DNA of 64,000 nucleotides from Candidatus Eiseniibacteriota bacterium (GCA_963762255.1 CAVXKA010000001.1:832001-896000); one strand, 5' to 3'; shown: positions 55,701-64,000, counted from the stretch's first letter. Numbers and translations: made by a program. The notes: a model not told the origin generated them from the sequence alone.

Positions 55701-57428
55701 GCCCAGCCACTGCGCACCCTGTCCGCAGAACGCGAAGAGGATCGGGGGCGGCTCGGCGGCGCGCTTCCCCGCGAACATTCCCGGGCGCGTTTCTCCCGCC
55801 AGAAACGCGTCGAGCCGCTCGCGCAGCTCGTCGCGATCGCGCGCGATCACCGACAGGCCGTGTTCGTGACGGCTGCGGCGCGTGCGGGCGGTGTGGCAGA
55901 TGTCGGCCAGCGGCGTCCCGGCGAGCGAACCGCCGGCGGCGACGGCGTCGCGCAACGCCCCGGCCAGATCGTGCAGCGCTTCCGGTGTGCGCGTGCTGAC
56001 GGGAAGGAGATGCGGGCAGGATTCGACGCCGTCGTCTTCGCGGGCCTGCGCCGACGAATGAGGCGTGGCGCCGTCACCCCCGAGAGCCTGGGCCGGCGTC
56101 TGCGGAAGATCGCGCAGGATAACGTGCGCGTTCGTGCCGCCGAATCCGAAGGAGTTCACGCCGGCCAACAGCGGCGCGCCCGCGCGCGGCCACGGCTCGG
56201 GTGAGACCGGTACGCGCAGGCGCAGGTCGTCGAAGGGAATGTGAGGGCTGGGGTGGGTGAAGTGAAGGTTCGGTGGAATGCAGCGATGCTTCACCGCCAG
56301 CACGGTCTTGATGAAACCGGCGATGCCGGCTGCTGCTTCGAGGTGGCCGATGACGCTCTTCACCGATCCCAAGACACACGCGTCCGCGGGCTCGCGCCCC
56401 GCCGCGAGGGCGTTGCCGATCGCGTTGGCCTCGATCGGATCGCCGACCGCGGTCCCGGTGCCGTGCGCCTCCACGTACTGAATATGGCTCGGCGGGACGC
56501 CGGCGCGTCGGCAGGTCTCCCGCACCAACGCTTCTTGACTGGCCTGGTTGGGAAGCGAGATCCCCGAGGTGCGCCCGTCCTGGTTCACCCCGGTGGCGAG
56601 AACGACCGCGTAGATGCGGTCTCCGTCGGCGATGGCGCGCGCGACCGGTTTCAGGAGAACCATGCCCGCACCCTCGCTCCGGACGAAGCCGTCGGCGCCG
56701 GCGTCGAAGGCCTTGCAGCGGCCTTCGGGCGAGAGCATGGTCGCCGCGCTGAAGGCCACGAAATGGGACGCGCTGATGATCACGTTCACGCCGCCGGCCA
56801 GGGCCAGAGCGCTCTCCCCGCTCCACAAGCTGCGGCAGGCGAGATGTACCGCTACCAGCGACGAGGAGCACGCGGTGTCGACGGCGATGCTGGGACCTCT
56901 CAAGTCGAAGCAATAGGAGATCCGATTCGCGACGATGCTGGTCGCTCCGCCGGTTCCGGTGTGCGCGTCGATGCCGCGCAGATCGTGGATCGTGGATTGC
57001 AGGTTGGCGTAGTCGGTGGTGGACACGCCGACGAAGACTCCGGTTTGCGTGCCGGCCAGATCGCGGACCGGCTGCCCGCCGTCCTCCAGTGCTTCCCACA
57101 CCGTTTCCAAAAGCAGACGCTGCTGGGGATCCAGATGGTGGGCCTCGCGGGGGGATATGCCGAAGGCCTCCGGCTCGAACTCATCGATTCGTCGCAGGAA
57201 GCCGCCCCAGCGGGCGTAGCTCTTTCCCGGAACGCCGGGGCGTTCGTCGAAAAGTCGGGGGACGGACCAGCGATCGGCGGGCACGTCGCCCACGGCGTCG
57301 ATCCCCGCGAGAAGGTTTCGCCAGAACGAATCGGGGTCGTTCGCGTCACCGGGGAAGCGGCACCCGATGCCGATGACGGCGATGGGGTCGGCCGGCGTGG
57401 AATCGAGCGGGGGATGGATTTCAGCCAT
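49710..57428 (-). CDS. Type I PKS, single module KS-AT-DH-cMT-ER-KR-ACP, no TE
   Basis: KS DTACSSS/HGTGT/GHLE; AT GHSVG/YAFHS; DH DHRVDRHAVFP/LLDACFQ; MT VLEVGGGTG; ER HAGAGGVG; KR GGLGGFG/VFDD/YVAAN; ACP LGFDSL. Confidence 0.95.
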   Translation of the reverse strand: MAEIHPPLDSTPADPIAVIGIGCRFPGDANDPDSFWRNLLAGIDAVGDVPADRWSVPRLFDERPGVPGKSYARWGGFLRRIDEFEPEAFGISPREAHHLDPQQRLLLETVWEALEDGGQPVRDLAGTQTGVFVGVSTTDYANLQSTIHDLRGIDAHTGTGGATSIVANRISYCFDLRGPSIAVDTACSSSLVAVHLACRSLWSGESALALAGGVNVIISASHFVAFSAATMLSPEGRCKAFDAGADGFVRSEGAGMVLLKPVARAIADGDRIYAVVLATGVNQDGRTSGISLPNQASQEALVRETCRRAGVPPSHIQYVEAHGTGTAVGDPIEANAIGNALAAGREPADACVLGSVKSVIGHLEAAAGIAGFIKTVLAVKHRCIPPNLHFTHPSPHIPFDDLRLRVPVSPEPWPRAGAPLLAGVNSFGFGGTNAHVILRDLPQTPAQALGGDGATPHSSAQAREDDGVESCPHLLPVSTRTPEALHDLAGALRDAVAAGGSLAGTPLADICHTARTRRSRHEHGLSVIARDRDELRERLDAFLAGETRPGMFAGKRAAEPPPILFAFCGQGAQWLGMGRELLEHEPVFRDTIRTCDRLLAEVADWSLWSELTADEGASRLNDTAVAQPAIFAIQVALAALWKSWGITPSAVIGHSVGEIAAAQVAGFLTLPEAARIVFHRGRTMDRPSSKGAMMAVGLPHAEARAAIVGFEDSVSVAASNSPRSATLSGTPEALEAVARRLAERDVFTRMLRVDYAFHSPLLDPVHDDLIGALGPIQTLPGVVPMFSAVTGECLRPEELTAEYWWRGLRDRVHFAEAVDRALDEGLHTFLELGPHPALSGYIAECMHHRGRKGTALPSMRRNEGERVVLLGSLGALYTLGHDVDWNRLWPEGGRAVRLPGHPWRRQTYWHESPELNASRLSAEDHPFLNRDLRAADPAWQTPLDLRMLTYLADHRVDRHAVFPAAGFVEAAVAAGRRAWGRECVTLEDVQIPRALILSEEGGEATLQVRVDTNEGTFSIHSGTPGGDGEWIAHCAGYVSADAVASPEPTENLAQLRGRLPQTVDVDSCYARFAAMGLHYGPAFRGMREIRRGNGEALGEVSLPDSLRPDGYIVHPALLDACFQVLLAAAPDDAPAASPVLFLPVYIRRLTVYCAAGTRVRAHARIAHFGTRILEGDLDILDDEGNLTARIEGFRCQALDRNRATDSQDPLQWIFEVRWENKPHPRVLEAPHAARSIPPVAEIAKVAASEGTALAARLGLITVAPVAYADLERSALAWIARFVPHAGVDPHPGTRFTEHDLAERLGARPHLRKLLHCFLQHLEQAGYVTSAGEDAWDVCRDFRGDDAEALWRDAWRKHPAFHTELNLIGRCGAHLDALFRGDEDPMEVLFPDGPASTLAALYQSAPVFRITNRAVEAAVQHIQKAQPEGGILRVLEVGGGTGGLTAHLLPVLEPLTSRYLFTDISPLFVSKAEQRFGDHPFARFRVFDIEADAGSQGLGPQTFDVIVASDVLHAVADLRGALGGLHTLLAPGGVLLMVEGERKSPSVDLIFGLMEGWWKFEDLDLRPDYPLLDPVQWMRVFEESGFEGAEALPLRSGGNRSSQIVLLARRPQEDALVDTGNDASLPIVDPGLWLVFTDRTGVGRELEAALRARGARCVVIEAGETYRRTEPDRYAASPDRPEDIARVIEALDPATDVIRGIVHLWSLDAAAPEATTLDTMRRAEALGCHSVLHLVQALSRTGRLGGAPRLVLVTRGAQATDEGRGAVCAAQAPLIGVGRVLINEHPDIDTRMIDLARTPEAGETAALLDELWTDDLEEEVALRRESRMVPRGAHMRPKTDTVDALDLAGAGFRLTTSTSGIMDQIAWREIPRRGPGPGEVEIRVDAAGLNFRDVLKSLALYPAEADDYLLLGDECAGRVTALGPGVTGLSVGDEVMAMARGSFAGTVIADANTVFRKPDGLSLEEAATMPVAFLTAYYALHHLGRLRAGETVLVHAGAGGVGMAAIQIAQRAGAIVFASAGSPEKREILRLLGVEHVLDSRSLAFADEVLRITGGRGVDIVLNSLAGRAIQKGLSCTAPFGRFLELGKRDIAQNGRLGLFAFRRNISFHVVDLGSMGAEHPALFREIFTELKRRFDLGEYRPLPYTVFPASRATEAFRYVAQARHIGKIVLSMREPGLRVERRAEESIAFRADASYLVTGGLGGFGLVVARWIAERGGGNLILLGRSGAASEEARAAVRDLEARGVCVLALAADAARPEDLRAVLDRAHAEMPPLRGVFHSAVVFDDGILLQQNRERFSRVMDVKAGGAWNLHTLTLGQDLDHFVLFSSVSSWVGTPGQGNYVAANAFLDAFAHFRRSLGLPALTIDWGRLDEVGYVARHAEVGEILTRRGFVGFSPKQAMVGLERMMQSHQAQLGFLRLDWNASAGALGGMRMAQRVTALFGDLVRKADTEDEGSRLREALRGAKPDARPAILASYLRHQVARVLGASAASLDADRPLNQLGFDSLMAVELKNHIDADLALSLPIRAMMEAPTINTLTAAVAELMEGRRPQGSAESKTRTPQSAPSAANVPR

Positions 57429-57653
57429 GCTGGATGCGGCCCGAAAGTGCAGGGTGAAGTGGAGGTGCGTGAACCGGCGGAGAGCATAGTCTGTAAGCCT
57501 GGCCGGGGCAAGAACTGCCCCGCCGCGGTCCGCGGGGCGCGCCGCAGGCGTCGGCCGGTGCGTCTTCGGGCGCGCCGCAGGAGACCCCCGCCCCGGCTTC
57601 GGGCCCGCGTCGCGAGGTGACCGCCCGTGGATCTCCGGTTAGACTCCCTCGTC

Positions 57654-58358
57654 ATGCCGCTCGTAGAACTTCAAAGGGTCGAGAAAACCTACCGATTGGG
57701 TGTGAACCGCATCCCGGCGCTTCGCGGCATCGATCTTGCCGTGGCGCGCGGAGAGTTTGTTGCGGTATGGGGACCGTCGGGCTCGGGAAAGTCCACGCTC
57801 TGCAACATCGTGGGGACTCTCGACGTTCCCACCTCGGGGAGGGTGCTCCTGGGCGGGCGGGACGTGACCGAGCTGAGCGAGGACGCGCGGGCCGATTTTC
57901 GAAGCCGCAACCTCGGATTCGTCTTCCAGGGATTCAACCTGATCCCGGTGCTGTCGGCGCTCGAGAACGTGATGCTCCCGTTGCAGATTCCCGGACTGGC
58001 CTCGGCGGCGGCCAGGGAGAAGGCGGCGCAGCACCTCACGCGGCTGGGACTGGGAGACCATCTCTCGCACCGGCCCGACAAGCTCTCGGGGGGGCAGCAG
58101 CAGCGCGTGGCCATCGCTCGCGCGCTCGTGACCGGGCCTTCGCTCGTGGTGGCCGACGAACCCACCGCCAACCTCGACTCGGACACCGCGATCGAGATCA
58201 TCGACATGCTGCGCGCGATCAACCGCGAGCGGGGCACGACGTTCTTGATCTCGACCCATGACCAGCGACTGCTCGGCCGCGTCGATCGGCGCATCCTGCT
58301 TCGAGACGGCGTCGTCGCCGAAGACACCGGCGCGCTGCTGGAGCCGGGAGTCTCGTGA
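57654..58358 (+). CDS. ABC transporter ATP-binding protein (LolD/MacB type)
   Basis: GPSGSGKST, LSGGQQQRV, VVADEPT. Confidence 0.95.
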   Translation: MPLVELQRVEKTYRLGVNRIPALRGIDLAVARGEFVAVWGPSGSGKSTLCNIVGTLDVPTSGRVLLGGRDVTELSEDARADFRSRNLGFVFQGFNLIPVLSALENVMLPLQIPGLASAAAREKAAQHLTRLGLGDHLSHRPDKLSGGQQQRVAIARALVTGPSLVVADEPTANLDSDTAIEIIDMLRAINRERGTTFLISTHDQRLLGRVDRRILLRDGVVAEDTGALLEPGVS

Positions 58359-59629
58359 TCACAATGCCCCGCGCGGCGCTCGGCGCGCTGCTCACGATCG
58401 CTCTGCGCAATCTGCTCAAGAACCGGCGGCGGTCCTTCTACGCGGTGCTGGCCATCGCGCTCGGCTACGCTTCCGTCAACGTGTTCGGCGGCTTCACGCG
58501 CTACATCAATTCCAACCTGCGCGACAGCTTCATTTATAACCAGGGGCACGGTCACCTCACGATATTCCGCGCCGGATTTCTCGAGAAGGGGCTGTTGGAT
58601 CCGGTGCAGTATCTGTTGACCGAGTCCGAGACCGATTCCCTGCTCGCCATGCTGCGGGAACTGCCGGACGTGCGGCTCGCCACCCCGCAGCTCTACGTGT
58701 CCGGACTTCTCAGCAACGGCAAGGCGTCCACCATCTTCATCGCCGCCGGGCGCATTCCCTCGGACATGAAGATCGTCCGCTCCGGGGCGACCGGCATGCT
58801 CGGCCGGCTCGCTTCCTACGACGGTCGTCCCTTGAGCGACGACCAGCCCTACGGGATCAGCGTGAGCGCCGGGCTGGCCGACCTCCTCGATCTTCAGGTG
58901 GGCTCGTCGGCGGTCGCCGTCGGCCCCACCATCGAAGGGCAGATCAACGCGCTCGACGCCGAGGTGCTTCAGACCTTCGAGAGCCCGGTCGAGCTCTTGA
59001 ACGACAAGCTCATGATCGTCCCCTTGCAGTTCGCTCGGGATCTCTTCGCCACCGCGCGCGCGGATCGAATCACGGTCCTTCTCGGCCGGACGGCGCGCAC
59101 CGAGGCCGTCCGCGCGGATCTGACACGCCTTCTGGTCTCTCGCAGCATGAATATGGAGATCAAGACCTGGGAGGACATGTCGTCCATGTACCGGAAGGTG
59201 CGGAAGATGTTCGACATCATCTTCTTCTTCCTTTTCGTGATCGTGCTCGTGATCTCGGTGATGAGCGTGGTCAACACGATCAACATGGCGGTCATGGAAC
59301 GCGTGCGAGAGATCGGGACCCTGCGCGCGCTGGGCATGCGGCGGGCCCGGATCGTCTGGCTCTTCGCGGTAGAGAGCGGCGTGCTCGGGGTGATGGGTTC
59401 CGTCCTCGGGGTGCTCCTCACCCTGGCCGCATGGTACGGCGTGCGAGCGGCCGGACCGACCTGGATCCCCCCCATGATCACCCAGCGGATTCCGCTGGAG
59501 ATCTATCTGGTCCCGCGATATCTCTGGATCAGCTTCGGATTCCTTCTCGCATTGTCGGTGGGCGCGGCCACGGTCCCGGCCCGCCGAGCAGTGCGCCAGG
59601 GAATCGTGGATGCCCTGGGCCATGTGTGA
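58355..59629 (+). CDS. ABC permease (LolE/FtsX type)
   Basis: ALRNLLKNRRRS; ERVREIGTLRALG; four TM helices. Confidence 0.92.
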   Translation: MITMPRAALGALLTIALRNLLKNRRRSFYAVLAIALGYASVNVFGGFTRYINSNLRDSFIYNQGHGHLTIFRAGFLEKGLLDPVQYLLTESETDSLLAMLRELPDVRLATPQLYVSGLLSNGKASTIFIAAGRIPSDMKIVRSGATGMLGRLASYDGRPLSDDQPYGISVSAGLADLLDLQVGSSAVAVGPTIEGQINALDAEVLQTFESPVELLNDKLMIVPLQFARDLFATARADRITVLLGRTARTEAVRADLTRLLVSRSMNMEIKTWEDMSSMYRKVRKMFDIIFFFLFVIVLVISVMSVVNTINMAVMERVREIGTLRALGMRRARIVWLFAVESGVLGVMGSVLGVLLTLAAWYGVRAAGPTWIPPMITQRIPLEIYLVPRYLWISFGFLLALSVGAATVPARRAVRQGIVDALGHV

Positions 59630-60380
59630 TGTGAGCCGCGCGGTCGCATGCGTCGTGCTCGCCCTCCTGGCCGTTCTTTGCGTGCCGGGCGCCGAGGCGA
59701 CGCCGCCCCTGGACGCGGTGGCCGTACTGCGCGAGGCCGACCGCGCGCGCGGGAACCTGGGCGGGGTGACCTGGGAACTCGACATCGACTCGCAGGAGAG
59801 CGGGCGGGCGAACGCCATGACGGTGCGCGTCCAGTCCCGTGGCTACGACTTCCTGAGCGAGAACCTCTCTCCGGCCAGGTCCAAAGGGCAGAGGCTCCTC
59901 ATGGTTTCGGGGAACATGTGGTTCCACAAGCCGGGGCTGAGCAAGCCCGTTCCGGTGGCGCGCCGTCAGCGGCTCATGGGCCAGGCCGCCAACGGCGACA
60001 TCGCCGCCACCAACTACGCCGACGAGTACGATGCGACGATCACCGGCGAGGAGGCGGTCAACGGCGAACCCTGCACCGTGTTCGATCTGAAGGCGAAGGA
60101 GAAGAACACCACCTACGATCGGATCCGGTACTGGGTCTCGCGGGAACGTGGAGTCGGCGTTCGCGGCGAGTACTTCACGGTGTCGGGGAAGCTGATCAAG
60201 ACCGCCTTCATGGAGTACGACCTTTCGGTCGTGCGGGAGGGCCGGTCGCGGCCCTTCATCTCCCGCATCGTCATCCATGACGCTTTGATCACCGAGAGCG
60301 TCACCACGCTCACCTTTCGCAAGCCGGTGTTTAGCGAGCTTCCCGACCGCGTGTTCAACGTGGACATGCTCGGCCGATGA
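59622..60380 (+). CDS. LolA-like outer membrane lipoprotein-sorting protein
   Basis: Signal peptide; PARSKGQRLL...MW...QRLMGQAANGDIA...YDRIRYWV. Confidence 0.85.
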   Translation: MCDVSRAVACVVLALLAVLCVPGAEATPPLDAVAVLREADRARGNLGGVTWELDIDSQESGRANAMTVRVQSRGYDFLSENLSPARSKGQRLLMVSGNMWFHKPGLSKPVPVARRQRLMGQAANGDIAATNYADEYDATITGEEAVNGEPCTVFDLKAKEKNTTYDRIRYWVSRERGVGVRGEYFTVSGKLIKTAFMEYDLSVVREGRSRPFISRIVIHDALITESVTTLTFRKPVFSELPDRVFNVDMLGR

Positions 60381-61566
60381 CGCGGCGGGTCCGGAGTCGA
60401 GCTCTCACCGCGGTGCTCCCGGCCGCAGGCGCCCTTCTCGCGCTCCTCACCGATCCCGCGCTCGCCACGCCGTCGATTCTGAGTGAGGCGCAGGCCGGGT
60501 TCTCCTACCGCGTGCGCGTGTTGGGCTACGGCACCTTCATCGATCTCGTTCCCTCCGCCCTGAACCCCGGGAACATGCTCGGATATCCCCGATACCGCGC
60601 GAGCTTCGACCTCCGGCCGGATTTCGATTGGACCCTGCGCCGTGTGGATCTCTCGGCCTCGCCGCGAGGGGAACTCCGGTGGCAGCGATTCGAGGACGGC
60701 CCGAGGCGGGGGACATCGGACCGTTCGGATTCCTGGTACGTCAACGCATGGCGGGCGAGGCTGCGGCTCGGCGAGACGGTGTTCCTTTCCTACGGACGCG
60801 AGAACGTGCAGTGGGGACCGTCCTATCTCCTTTCCCCCTCCAACCCGTTCAGCCGGAGCAACGGCCAGAGCAACCCGCGGATCGAGGAGCCGGGAATGGA
60901 GTATGGCCGCCTTGTCTGGATCCCGGCGCGCCGAGCGGCGTTCACGTTCCTGGCGAACACGGGACAGGGGCGGCTGGAAACCTTCCGGAAGTTCTCGCGC
61001 AGGTACGCGCTCAAGGCCGACTACACCGGCGACGGCAAGTACGCCGGTGCGATCGTCTCGGTCGCAGAAGACGACGAAGCCCACGTCACCAAGGGCGGGT
61101 ACGCGGGTTGGACCCTCTCCGACGCGGCACTCATCCATGCCGAAGCCTCCGTCCGGCGCGGACTGGATGAGGGAGCCCTGCTCGTAGGCGGAACCTACAC
61201 GTTCAGCGGGGGAGCCTTCGCGGTCGTGGAGGTCTTTCACGACGGAACGGGGTGCAAGGCCGATCGCATCGAGAACTGCTTCCTTCCCCCTCGGGGACTT
61301 CCGATCCGGCGGACGTGCTGTGGCGGCGCAACTACTTCATGCTCCAACTCACCCATCCCCGATTCCGCGAACGGGTTCACCTGACAGGACGGTGGATCCA
61401 CGGTCTGGATGACGGCGGGAGCCGGGCGATCGGCATCTACGAGCACGACCTGGGCGCCCGCCTCCAGGCTTTCGTGATCGGGGCGGCCGATCTCGGGGGG
61501 GCGAACGATGAGTTCGGCAGTGTCATCGCGACGGCGATCATGGGCGGGCTCGGCTGGACGTACTAG
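60377..61566 (+). CDS. Outer-membrane beta-barrel protein (frameshifted at the C5 run 61286-61290)
   Basis: Signal peptide; GRENVQWG...NPF. The second frame ends GGLGWTY (terminal aromatic). Adding one C joins the frames. Confidence 0.78.
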
Positions 61567-61686
61567 CCGGACCGGTTGCGTTCTGCGCCGCCCGACCGGG
61601 CGAATCGCCGTCACAGAGAAGATGAAAGAATTCTCGCATGAGCGATATCCCTAGCGCAGGCATGCAGTTGGGGATTTGCTGCAATC

Positions 61687-61701
61687 TGGTACAAATATTG
61701 C
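61687..61701 (+). promoter_or_regulatory. Sigma-54 (-24/-12) promoter
   Basis: TGGTACAAATATTGC fits GG-N10-GC, directly upstream of the pilin cluster. Confidence 0.6.
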
Positions 61702-61714
61702 GATTACGGGCGGC

Positions 61715-62218
61715 ATGCACACCGCTATCCCCCGCCCCGGGACTCCGGGCTCCGGGTTCACTCTGATCGAAACCATGATCGTCATGGTCGTCATAGGGCT
61801 CGCTCTCGCGGCCGGTGCCCCGTTCTTCCAGGGGTACATGCAAAGCCGGGGGATCGAGACTTCGATGAACGTTCTCGTGTCTCAGATCGACCTCGCGCGA
61901 AATCGCGCCCTCGCCGAGAACAACCCCTACCGGGTTCTCCTCAACAGCCCCGACGACGCGCAATACCTTGTGCACGACGACGACAACGCAAACGGTTCCA
62001 TCGAGGACGGAGAGACGGTGTACGGCCCGTTCCGGCTGTCGGGGACGGTGGCGTTCGAGACCATTGAACTCGGCGGGGGAGACGTCATCGTATTCGAGGT
62101 GAGCGGAATGCTTCCGGCGGGACAAGGCGGCAGGATCACCCTGGCCGACGCCGGCGGACGATTTCAGACTCTGGAGGTATACACCAGTGGTGTCACCGCG
62201 CCGGCAGAAGATCCGTAG
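61715..62218 (+). CDS. FimT/GspH-like minor pilin
   Basis: SG|FTLIETMIV; ARNRAL; IVFEVSG. Confidence 0.88.
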   Translation: MHTAIPRPGTPGSGFTLIETMIVMVVIGLALAAGAPFFQGYMQSRGIETSMNVLVSQIDLARNRALAENNPYRVLLNSPDDAQYLVHDDDNANGSIEDGETVYGPFRLSGTVAFETIELGGGDVIVFEVSGMLPAGQGGRITLADAGGRFQTLEVYTSGVTAPAEDP

Positions 62219-62594
62219 TCCCGACTGCCGCGGGTTCACGTTGATCGAGACCATGGTGGCCATGACCGTGTTCTCGATAGGCCTCCTGGGTCTGGCTGCA
62301 ATGATGCCGACCCTGAAGTCGGACCTGTCGCACTCGGAGCAGAGATCGAGGGCCGTCATTATCGCCGAGGAGACCACCGAGTGGCTCCGGGGCCTGGCCT
62401 ACGCGGATTCCTCGCTCGACGCCGGGGGACACCTGGACCCCGACTTCCCGGTGGCCAACTACGAACGCGGCTGGACGGTTCAAGAGGACGACCCCATGGC
62501 GGGCATCAAGCGCGTGACGGTGGCCGTCCAGCGAATCGACAATCCGGCGGAATCGGCCAACATTGTGTTCTTCCACGCGCAGGCGGGACGATGA
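62187..62594 (+). CDS. PilV-like minor pilin
   Basis: RG|FTLIETMVAMTVFSIGLLGLA. Confidence 0.88.
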   Translation: MVSPRRQKIRSPDCRGFTLIETMVAMTVFSIGLLGLAAMMPTLKSDLSHSEQRSRAVIIAEETTEWLRGLAYADSSLDAGGHLDPDFPVANYERGWTVQEDDPMAGIKRVTVAVQRIDNPAESANIVFFHAQAGR

Positions 62595-63469
62595 GGAGCG
62601 AGGGTGGCGGCGCGATGACGCGTGGCATCGGGAACCAGCGTTCCCGCGCCGCCGGCTTTTCTCTGGTGGAACTCATGGTGGCCCTCGTCATAGGCGGCAC
62701 GCTGATCGTGGCGATCGTGCAGACGCTGCTGCGTATGGAAGGCTCCTGGGACCGCAGCCAGGAGCGCTCCACGACGAACCAGAACACACGCGGCGCGGTG
62801 ACCATGATGGTGCGTGATCTGCGCATGGCGGGGACCGGCTTCGGCGGCCGCATGATCGTCACCGGGGGGATCCCCGGCAACGTGCTCTTCCCGGTGAACC
62901 CGGCGTCCGCGGTCGGCTCGGATACGCTCAAGGTGACCGCCGGACTGGAGGGCGTGCAGACGTCGGTCACCCAGACCGTCGGCTCGGCCAGCGATCTCAT
63001 CTTCGTGGCCGATGCGAGCGAGTTCTCTGCCGGCGATCTGATCGTCCTGACAAACGGCGTGGAAGTGAACATGTTCGAGGTCACCGCGGTGGACGCCGGC
63101 TCCGGCCAGTTGTCGCACTCGGTGGACTCCCCGTACAACGACCCCGACGACCACATCCTGTGGCCCAACGGGGGCTACCCCCCCGGTTCGCAAGTCGCCC
63201 AAGTGCAGCGAATCACCTACTGGATCGACGGCGACAGCCCGCAGGGGCAGCTCCTACGGTGCGTCAATGCCAACGCCCCGACTCCCGTGGCCTCGGGAGT
63301 GGCTCGGCTGGAGGTGCTGTACCGGATGGCCGACGGTTCGCTCACGTCGTCACCGATCGACCCGGTGGAGATCCATGCCGTGGTGCTCCGATACGTGCCT
63401 CGCCGGCCGGGTGGAGCCCAGGCCGCGGACACTCTGACGGTGACGGTTCAGCCCCGTGTCATGAGCTAG
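62591..63469 (+). CDS. PilW-like minor pilin
   Basis: AG|FSLVELMVAL; RDLRMAG. Start at 62591 or 62615. Confidence 0.88.
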   Translation: MRSEGGGAMTRGIGNQRSRAAGFSLVELMVALVIGGTLIVAIVQTLLRMEGSWDRSQERSTTNQNTRGAVTMMVRDLRMAGTGFGGRMIVTGGIPGNVLFPVNPASAVGSDTLKVTAGLEGVQTSVTQTVGSASDLIFVADASEFSAGDLIVLTNGVEVNMFEVTAVDAGSGQLSHSVDSPYNDPDDHILWPNGGYPPGSQVAQVQRITYWIDGDSPQGQLLRCVNANAPTPVASGVARLEVLYRMADGSLTSSPIDPVEIHAVVLRYVPRRPGGAQAADTLTVTVQPRVMS

Positions 63470-63478
63470 GAGGAGACC

Positions 63479-64000
63479 ATGAGGAAGCCCCGCGCCAAGC
63501 GCAAGCGAAACGAAGATGGAATCGTCCTCGTGGCGGCCATCATCGTCCTGCTGGCGATCACCGCCCTGGTTGCGGCGTCCGCGATGGTCGCCATGCTCGA
63601 AAAGAACGCGACCTTCAATCGTCAGGTCGCCTCGCGGGCGCTCTATGCCGCCGACTCCGGGGTGGAGATGTCGAGACAGGTTGTCACCGCCTACGCGCGA
63701 GCGAAGCTGGACAGCCTCGCGGACATTCATAACGGAACCGGGCTCGTCATCCCGAACCCGGACGGCGTCTTCCCGGTCGGGGGCCTGACCGTGGTCAACA
63801 CCACGGAGCCGGTCTTCACTGCGACGACGACGCTGGTGTTCGAGGACAGCACGCTGGATCTCCAGAGTCAGGTCTACAACTATCGCTACACCACCACCGT
63901 TACCGGGAGCCAGGCCTTCGGAGAGAAGACGGTCGTGAGCGAGGGGCGGCTTCGGGTCAGCGCTACCCGCGGCTCCTTCGCCGACTATTTGATCTTCACG
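63479..64000 (+). CDS. PilX-like minor pilin, 3' partial
   Basis: AGGAGGAG RBS; EDG|IVLVAAIIVLL...RALYAADSGVE. Open to the window end, so absent from the ORF track. Confidence 0.85.
   Translation, partial: MRKPRAKRKRNEDGIVLVAAIIVLLAITALVAASAMVAMLEKNATFNRQVASRALYAADSGVEMSRQVVTAYARAKLDSLADIHNGTGLVIPNPDGVFPVGGLTVVNTTEPVFTATTTLVFEDSTLDLQSQVYNYRYTTTVTGSQAFGEKTVVSEGRLRVSATRGSFADYLIFT

Noticed and set aside
52704-56204. 1166-aa plus-strand ORF
   Set aside because: Antisense shadow of the PKS in GC-rich DNA, with no motifs.
57689-59818. 709-aa minus-strand ORF
   Set aside because: Antisense to clear ABC transporter genes.
1-64000. tRNA, rRNA, transposase, integrase or prophage genes
   Set aside because: None recognised by eye. 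A tRNAscan/Infernal run would be needed to exclude small RNAs.

Overview
GC-rich bacterial chromosomal segment. The FlgD-Ig/T9SS-like tails, PEP-CTERM and 'TWGxIK' C-termini suggest Candidatus Eisenbacteria or a Latescibacterota/Krumholzibacteriota relative (inference). (1) At 0.9-10.9 kb is an integron-type cassette array with at least 7 attC sites and no integrase in the window. Each R' core is the reverse complement of the next R'' core, exactly or nearly. The array carries mostly immunity-type cargo: a fungal-type HET-domain protein, an HNH nuclease, a TIR-STAND-TPR receptor, a TIR-RyR protein and a PD-(D/E)xK-like nuclease. One gene appears to sit between the two halves of an attC. (2) At 11-27 kb are accessory genes: secreted proteins, an AbiE-like pair, MazEF-like and broken BrnTA toxin-antitoxin loci, an IPT/TIG protein and a DUF2723 glycosyltransferase. 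(3) At 26.7-31.8 kb is an ECF sigma / CBM48 anti-sigma / CBM48 beta-barrel module. (4) At 32-44.6 kb are housekeeping genes (cysteine desulfurase-like, pepF, NERD helicase, GDPD, MoxR-DUF58). (5) At 44.8-64 kb is a cell-surface island: a PEP-CTERM gene, then two minor-pilin clusters flanking a PPTase, a 2572-aa reducing type I PKS with no TE, and a LolCDE/LolA-like/beta-barrel exporter. Three single-base frameshifts are probably sequencing errors. All domain calls come from motif reading by eye; no database searches were run.
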